From assembly GCA_963798485.1 (NCBI GenBank), contig CAWCTR010000030.1:160001-224000 (forward strand): a stretch of DNA of 64,000 nucleotides. Direction: 5' to 3'. The notes beneath the pieces were generated by a model. That model did no database searches. It saw only the letters and a program-made list of their open reading frames with translations, and was not told the DNA's origin. Made by a program: the position numbers and the translations under genes. Shown here one piece after another: positions 58,727 through 64,000 of the stretch; positions within the stretch are counted from its first letter, which is position 1; each line of letters starts with the position of its first letter. This stretch comes from an uncultured delta proteobacterium. Lineage in GTDB: Bacteria; Desulfobacterota; Desulfomonilia; UBA1062.

Positions 58727-59548
58727 ATGAGCATACGCGGCTTCAAACCAACATCGGCCGGCAGGCGGTCCATGACGGTCTCCACCTTTGAGGAGATCAC
58801 GGTAACTGCGCCCGAGAAATCGCTGACGTTGCGCCTCAAGAAGAACAGCGGCCGGAACAATCTGGGCCGTGTCACGGTGCGGCATCAGGGCGGCGGAAGC
58901 ACAAGGCTCTACCGTATCGTTGATTTCAGGCGCGACAAACAGGGCGTGCCCGGCAAGATCATGACCATTGAATACGATCCCAACCGTACCGCCAGGATTT
59001 CTCTCGTGCAGTATGCGGACGGAGAGAAGCGTTATATGCTCTGGCCCGAAGGGCTCGCCGTCGGCAGCATGGTCCTTGCATCGGAAGAAGCCGAAATCAG
59101 AACGGGAAATGTCCTGAGTTTGAAGGCCATGCCCCTTGGCACGTTCGTCCATAACGTCGAGTGCAAGATGGGCAAGGGCGGGCAGCTCATCCGTTCCGCC
59201 GGCACATACGGTCAGGTGCTTGCAAAAGAAGGCACATACGTTCAGATCAAGATGCCGTCCGGCGAAGTACGCAAGGTCTTTGCCGAGTGCAAGGCCACCA
59301 TCGGCCAGGTCGGCAACGTAAGTCACCAGAACATCACGTATGGCAAGGCGGGCAGGAAACGCTGGCTCGGCATCAGGCCTACCGTGCGCGGCGTTGCCAT
59401 GAACCCGGTTGATCATCCGCACGGAGGGGGCGAAGGCAGGGTTAAGGGCAATCATCCTGTTACGCCGTGGGGCGTTTCCACCAAGGGTCACAAGACCAGG
59501 AACCGCACCAAGGACTCCAATAAGTATATAGTAAAGAGGAGGAAGTAA
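58727..59548 (+). CDS. rplB: 50S ribosomal protein L2
   Basis: EYDPNRTA and [17 protein letters not shown]. Confidence 0.98.
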   Translation: MSIRGFKPTSAGRRSMTVSTFEEITVTAPEKSLTLRLKKNSGRNNLGRVTVRHQGGGSTRLYRIVDFRRDKQGVPGKIMTIEYDPNRTARISLVQYADGEKRYMLWPEGLAVGSMVLASEEAEIRTGNVLSLKAMPLGTFVHNVECKMGKGGQLIRSAGTYGQVLAKEGTYVQIKMPSGEVRKVFAECKATIGQVGNVSHQNITYGKAGRKRWLGIRPTVRGVAMNPVDHPHGGGEGRVKGNHPVTPWGVSTKGHKTRNRTKDSNKYIVKRRK

Positions 59549-59551
59549 GCC

Positions 59552-59833
59552 GTGGCACGCTCACTGAAGAAAGGGCCGTTTGTTGATGAACACCTGCTGA
59601 AAAAGGTTCTCCAGGCCCAGGAGTCAGGCAGTCGTAAGGTTATCAAGACCTGGTCGAGGCGCTCGGTCATCCTCCCTGAGTCCGTAGGGCTTACCTTTGC
59701 CGTGCATAACGGCAAGAAGTTCGTCCCTGTCTACTGCACCGAGGAGATGGTGGGGCACAAGCTCGGGGAATTCTCGCCCACACGGACCTTCTTCGGCCAT
59801 GCAGCCGACAGAAAGTCATCGAGGAAGGGGTAG
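59552..59833 (+). CDS. rpsS: 30S ribosomal protein S19
   Basis: [17 protein letters not shown] and [11 protein letters not shown]. Confidence 0.98.
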   Translation: MARSLKKGPFVDEHLLKKVLQAQESGSRKVIKTWSRRSVILPESVGLTFAVHNGKKFVPVYCTEEMVGHKLGEFSPTRTFFGHAADRKSSRKG

Positions 59834-59836
59834 GCC

Positions 59837-60169
59837 ATGGAGTCAAAGGCAGTCTTAAAACATTCCAGGGTTTCGCCGCAGAAGACGAGGCTCCTGGCCG
59901 ACCAGGTGAGAAGCAAGCAGATTGCTGATGCGTTACGTATGCTTAATCTCTTAGGCACCAAGCGCGCCCGTATCATTGCCAAGGTCCTGAACTCGGCCGT
60001 GGCCAATGCCATGCATACGGGTATGATGGATGTGGATAATCTCTATGTGAAATCCATCCAGATTGATGAAGGCCCAACCATGAAGAGGTTTCGCCCGCGC
60101 GCACAAGGCAAGGCGAACCGCATCATCAAGAGGACTTCTCACATAGCCGTGGTCTTAGAAGAGCTTTAG
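59837..60169 (+). CDS. rplV: 50S ribosomal protein L22
   Basis: SAVANA and KRFRPRAQG..NRIIKRTSHI. Confidence 0.97.
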   Translation: MESKAVLKHSRVSPQKTRLLADQVRSKQIADALRMLNLLGTKRARIIAKVLNSAVANAMHTGMMDVDNLYVKSIQIDEGPTMKRFRPRAQGKANRIIKRTSHIAVVLEEL

Positions 60170-60184
60170 GAAAGGGGTCGATAA

Positions 60185-60832
60185 GTGGGACAGAAGATTC
60201 ATCCGTACGGATTTCGGCTTGGGGTTACCAAGGACTGGAAGGCCAAGTGGTACGCAGAGAAAAGTTTTGGCATTCTCTTCGTTGAAGATCGCAAAATCCG
60301 CAATTTTATTCATAAGAACTTAAGCCATGCAGGGATCTCGAATATCATTATCGAGCGGGCAGCCAACAAGGTGAAGCTTGTCATCTTCACCGGCAGGCCC
60401 GGTCTTGTGATCGGCAGGAAGGGCCAGGGCGCAGAGACGATAAAGAACGACCTGGCCAAATTCGTGAACAAAGAGATCATGCTGGAGATCAAGGAAGTCA
60501 GACGTCCCGAGACCGATGCCCAGATCGTGGCGGAAGGCATTGCGAGCCAGCTTGAGCGCCGCGTCGCATACCGTCGCGCCATGAAGAGGGCGGTGAGTCA
60601 GGCCATCAGGATGGGTGCCCAGGGCATAAAGGTTGCCTGTGCGGGCAGGCTTGCAGGGGCTGAGATCGCGCGCAGGGAGTGGTACCGCGAAGGCAGGGTG
60701 CCTTTGCATACACTTCGCAGCGACGTTGACTACGGCTTCAAGGAAGCATTCACTATCTATGGGGTCATCGGTGTGAAGGTGTGGGTATACCACGGTGACA
60801 TCATGAAGAAAGCCGAACAGGCAACCGCTTAA
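60185..60832 (+). CDS. rpsC: 30S ribosomal protein S3
   Basis: [23 protein letters not shown] and GRVPLHTLR. Confidence 0.98.
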   Translation: MGQKIHPYGFRLGVTKDWKAKWYAEKSFGILFVEDRKIRNFIHKNLSHAGISNIIIERAANKVKLVIFTGRPGLVIGRKGQGAETIKNDLAKFVNKEIMLEIKEVRRPETDAQIVAEGIASQLERRVAYRRAMKRAVSQAIRMGAQGIKVACAGRLAGAEIARREWYREGRVPLHTLRSDVDYGFKEAFTIYGVIGVKVWVYHGDIMKKAEQATA

Positions 60833-60846
60833 GGGAGATTGTGGCC

Positions 60847-61263
60847 ATGTTGATGCCGAACAAGGTAAAACATAGAAAACAGATGCGGGGACGCATGAAG
60901 GGCAGCCCGGAGCGTGGGTCAAGGGTTGCCTTTGGGACATACGGGCTGCAGACATTGGAGCCCCACTGGATCACTGCAAGACAGATAGAAGCGGCACGCG
61001 TCGCTATCACGCGCTTTATAAAAAGAGGCGGCAAGGTATGGATCAGGCTTTTCCCTGATAAACCCATTACGAAGAAGCCCGCTGAGACGCGTATGGGAAA
61101 GGGGAAAGGCGCCCCGGAGGAGTGGGTAGCACCGGTAAGACCCGGCAGGATACTCTTCGAGATCGACGGAGTGAGTTTGGAACAGGCCAAGGAGGCCTTC
61201 CGACTTGCATCCCACAAGCTGCCCGTGAAGACCAGGTTTGTTGCACGTGAGGGGGCCGTATGA
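60847..61263 (+). CDS. rplP: 50S ribosomal protein L16
   Basis: RQIEAAR and ETRMGKGKG. Confidence 0.98.
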   Translation: MLMPNKVKHRKQMRGRMKGSPERGSRVAFGTYGLQTLEPHWITARQIEAARVAITRFIKRGGKVWIRLFPDKPITKKPAETRMGKGKGAPEEWVAPVRPGRILFEIDGVSLEQAKEAFRLASHKLPVKTRFVAREGAV

Positions 61264-61445
61264 AGGTAAAGGAAATACGCGAGAAGTCTGCCGGAGAGAT
61301 CTCCCTGCTCAAGACAAAACTCGAGCGCGAACTGATGGACACACGCTTTAAGAAGGCCATGAGCCAGCTCAAGGACAAGACCCTTATCGGCAAGCTGCGT
61401 CGTGATATTGCGCGGATCAATACGATCACCCGGGAGAAACAGTAA
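61260..61445 (+). CDS. rpmC: 50S ribosomal protein L29
   Basis: [10 protein letters not shown]; synteny. Confidence 0.93.
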   Translation: MKVKEIREKSAGEISLLKTKLERELMDTRFKKAMSQLKDKTLIGKLRRDIARINTITREKQ

Positions 61446-61702
61446 TGGCAGAAAAATCAAGAAAGCTCGAGTTGCAAGGAGTGGTCACGAGCGACAAGAT
61501 GGACAAGACCGCTGTAGTGACCGTTGAACGGCTTGAGAAGCACCCCGTCTTTGAGAAGTATATACGCAGACGCGCCAGGTTCAAGGCCCATGATGAACGC
61601 AATGAGTGCAAACCCGGTGATAAGGTTCTTATCCGTGAGTGCAGGCCCATCAGCAAAGACAAGAGCTGGAGGATTGTGAAGATCCTCGAGAGACAGGAAT
61701 AA
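61445..61702 (+). CDS. rpsQ: 30S ribosomal protein S17
   Basis: GVVTSDKMDKT and ECRPISKDK.W. Confidence 0.97.
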   Translation: MAEKSRKLELQGVVTSDKMDKTAVVTVERLEKHPVFEKYIRRRARFKAHDERNECKPGDKVLIRECRPISKDKSWRIVKILERQE

Positions 61703-61731
61703 GAGTTAAGGTTTAGTGGCGGAGGCTACCC

Positions 61732-62100
61732 ATGGTCCAACAGCAGACAAGGCTCAAGGTTGCGGATAATTCAGGCGCAAAAGAGATAATGTGCATTAAG
61801 GTATTGGGCGGAACCAGGCGCAGATATGCATATCTGGGCGACGTGATCGTCGCGAGTGTGAAAGAGGCAATTCCCCGTTCCAAGGTTAAGAAGGGCGATG
61901 TGGTCAAGGCCGTGGTCGTAAGGACCAAGAAGACACAGAAACGCCCTGACGGGACGAGCATCAGGTTCGATGAGAACTCGGCCGTGATCCTCTCTAACCA
62001 GAATGAGCCCATCGGCACGCGCATATTCGGACCCGTCGCCCGCGAGCTCAGGGCCAAGAATTTTATGAAGATAGTCTCGCTGGCACCGGAAGTGCTTTAA
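61732..62100 (+). CDS. rplN: 50S ribosomal protein L14
   Basis: [20 protein letters not shown] and SLAPEVL. Confidence 0.98.
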   Translation: MVQQQTRLKVADNSGAKEIMCIKVLGGTRRRYAYLGDVIVASVKEAIPRSKVKKGDVVKAVVVRTKKTQKRPDGTSIRFDENSAVILSNQNEPIGTRIFGPVARELRAKNFMKIVSLAPEVL

Positions 62101-62114
62101 TGAGGAGTTGACAG

Positions 62115-62450
62115 ATGGCAGTGGTAAACTACGAGACAGGCAGAATAAAAAAGGGCGACACGGTAATAGTCCTTGCCGGCAAGAACAAGGGCAAGCAGGG
62201 GCAGGTAATGCGTCTCATACACAAGAAGGATAAGCTTCTTGTCGAGCGGGTGAATATCATCAAGAAGCACACCAAGCCCACACAGACCTCGCAAGGCGGT
62301 ATCGTGGAGAAAGAGGCGGGTATCCATAAATCCAATGTGGCCCTTGTCTGCCCCAAATGCAGAAAAGGCGTGCGCATCGGATACAAGGCACATGAAGACG
62401 GCACCAAGGTCAGGGTCTGCAAGCGCTGCGGCGAGGAATTGGATAAGTGA
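62115..62450 (+). CDS. rplX: 50S ribosomal protein L24
   Basis: IKKGDTVIVLAGK and GGIVEKEAGIHKSNV. Confidence 0.96.
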   Translation: MAVVNYETGRIKKGDTVIVLAGKNKGKQGQVMRLIHKKDKLLVERVNIIKKHTKPTQTSQGGIVEKEAGIHKSNVALVCPKCRKGVRIGYKAHEDGTKVRVCKRCGEELDK

Positions 62451-62458
62451 GGTTATAG

Positions 62459-62998
62459 ATGGCAAGGCTCAAGGATTATTATATAAAAGAGATCGTGCCT
62501 GCACTGAAGGCGGAATTCGGATATAGCAATATCCACCAGATCCCCAAGATAGTAAAGGTCGTCTTGAACATGGGTCTGGGTGAGGCGGTCGCCGACGTCA
62601 AGATCATCGACAAGGCGGCCCAAGAACTCACGCTCATCACCGGGCAAAAGCCCATTGTCAGGAAGGCGCGTAAATCTATTGCCGCATTTAAGCTCAGGGA
62701 AGGCATGCCTGTGGGGTGTGCCGTTACTCTGCGCGGCAGTCAGATGTTTGAGTTTCTCGACAGGCTCATCAATGCGGTGCTCCCACGTGTAAGGGACTTT
62801 CGCGGTATCTCCGCGAAGGGTTTTGACGGACGCGGAAATTACACCATGGGCCTTACGGACCAGACCGTGTTCCCGGAGATAGACTTCGATGCGGTTGAAA
62901 AGCTCCGGGGTATGAATATAACCATTGTGACCACTGCTAAGAGCGATGACGAGAGTAAGAGCCTGCTCAGCGCTTTTGGTATGCCATTTCGGAAGTAA
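62459..62998 (+). CDS. rplE: 50S ribosomal protein L5
   Basis: ITGQKP, FKLREG and LPRVRDFRG. Confidence 0.98.
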   Translation: MARLKDYYIKEIVPALKAEFGYSNIHQIPKIVKVVLNMGLGEAVADVKIIDKAAQELTLITGQKPIVRKARKSIAAFKLREGMPVGCAVTLRGSQMFEFLDRLINAVLPRVRDFRGISAKGFDGRGNYTMGLTDQTVFPEIDFDAVEKLRGMNITIVTTAKSDDESKSLLSAFGMPFRK

Positions 62999-63007
62999 GG
63001 GGATGCT

Positions 63008-63193
63008 ATGGCGAAAAAATCTTTGATCGCAAAACAGAAAAGGACACCGAAGTTCAAGGTGAGAGAATACAACAGGTGCATGCTGTGCGGCAGGCCGCAC
63101 GCATATTACCGCAAGTTCGGCATCTGTCGAATATGCCTGCGGAATCACGCCATGAAGGGCGAGATCCCGGGCTTAAAGAAATCAAGCTGGTAA
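63008..63193 (+). CDS. rpsN: 30S ribosomal protein S14, type Z (Zn-binding)
   Basis: RCMLCGR...CRIC and terminal KSSW; 61 aa. Confidence 0.96.
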   Translation: MAKKSLIAKQKRTPKFKVREYNRCMLCGRPHAYYRKFGICRICLRNHAMKGEIPGLKKSSW

Positions 63194-63207
63194 GAGAGGA
63201 ACATCAG

Positions 63208-63600
63208 ATGCATACCGATCCCATTGCGGACATGATCACCAGGATTCGTAACGCAGCGCTGGCCATGAAGGAGAGCGTTGACATCCCGGCATCAAAACTC
63301 AAGATCGAAATCGCCGACATCCTCATGAAAGAGGGATATATCAAGGCGTACAGGGTTATCGATGACGGCAAGCAGGGCATGCTGCGGGTGAGCCTGAAAT
63401 ATTTCAACTCCCGTCACGTCATAAGCGGCATCCAGAGGGTCTCGCGGCCCGGGAGAAGGGTTTACAAAAGGTCGGACGAGATCCCGAATATACGGGGAGG
63501 ACTAGGCATATCCATCGTGAGCACCTCTACCGGACTCATGACCGACCTTAAGGCAAAGGCCGGCAACGTGGGCGGAGAAGTCCTGATCAAGGTCTGGTAA
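63208..63600 (+). CDS. rpsH: 30S ribosomal protein S8
   Basis: [20 protein letters not shown] and GGEVL; ATG at 63208. Confidence 0.97.
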   Translation: MHTDPIADMITRIRNAALAMKESVDIPASKLKIEIADILMKEGYIKAYRVIDDGKQGMLRVSLKYFNSRHVISGIQRVSRPGRRVYKRSDEIPNIRGGLGISIVSTSTGLMTDLKAKAGNVGGEVLIKVW

Positions 63601-63613
63601 GGAGATTAGAGCC

Positions 63614-64000
63614 ATGTCGATATCAAGGATTGGAAAACTGCCCATAGCAATACCAAAGGGCGTCACGATAAAGGTGGAGAACGGAATCCTCAAGGTGAAG
63701 GGGCCAAAGGGCGAGCTGGAAAAGAAGTGCGTGGGCAATATCGAGGTGAAGATTGAGGCGGGCGAGCTCTCCTTCAGCACGCTTGATGATGAACGCACGA
63801 CAAAGGCCTTTCATGGGCTCATGCGCTCTCTTGCCAATAACATGGTGACGGGCGTTACGGATGGTTTCACCAGGAAGCTCAGGATAGTGGGTATCGGATA
63901 CCGCGGTGAGGGCAAGGGAAACACGTTGGTCTTGAGCGTAGGTTACTCGCATCCGGTAGAGTTCCCTCTTCCCAAGGGGATCAGCGGCACGGTGAGTAAA
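63614..64000 (+). CDS. rplF: 50S ribosomal protein L6 (partial, runs off the window)
   Basis: Own translation MSISRIGKLPIAIPKGV...VKGPKGEL...GYSHPV. Confidence 0.95.
   Translation, partial: MSISRIGKLPIAIPKGVTIKVENGILKVKGPKGELEKKCVGNIEVKIEAGELSFSTLDDERTTKAFHGLMRSLANNMVTGVTDGFTRKLRIVGIGYRGEGKGNTLVLSVGYSHPVEFPLPKGISGTVSK

Overview
The window has two halves, and the gene content and repeat types suggest a Desulfobacterota/deltaproteobacterial genome (inference). About 1-32.3 kb is a visibly AT-richer, all-plus-strand exopolysaccharide/surface-glycan locus. It contains GT2/GT4 glycosyltransferases, a Wzx flippase, several acylation systems, an amidotransferase, a six-gene CDP-sugar/C-methyltransferase module, a PEP-CTERM protein and a PKD-repeat protein (each behind a sigma-54 promoter), IS5 remnants, two copies of a palindromic miniature element and a decayed tRNA-Phe. 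About 32.4-64 kb is GC-richer core genome: a C1A protease, uppS-cdsA-dxr-rseP-tsaB on the minus strand, a tRNA cluster, tuf-rpmG-secE-nusG-rplKAJL-rpoBC-rpsLG-fusA-tuf and the S10/spc genes through a partial rplF. The most striking signal is an AT-rich DUF559 endonuclease gene inserted between cdsA and dxr. It is bracketed by ~40-bp inverted poly-C/poly-G palindromic repeats, with an extra tandem copy and a solo copy nearby, and is a candidate nuclease-plus-repeat mobile system. Also notable are an ~78-aa insertion in RpoC and several small indels; one falls in a homopolymer of the normally essential cdsA, so many are probably sequencing errors. All calls are by eye, without database searches.
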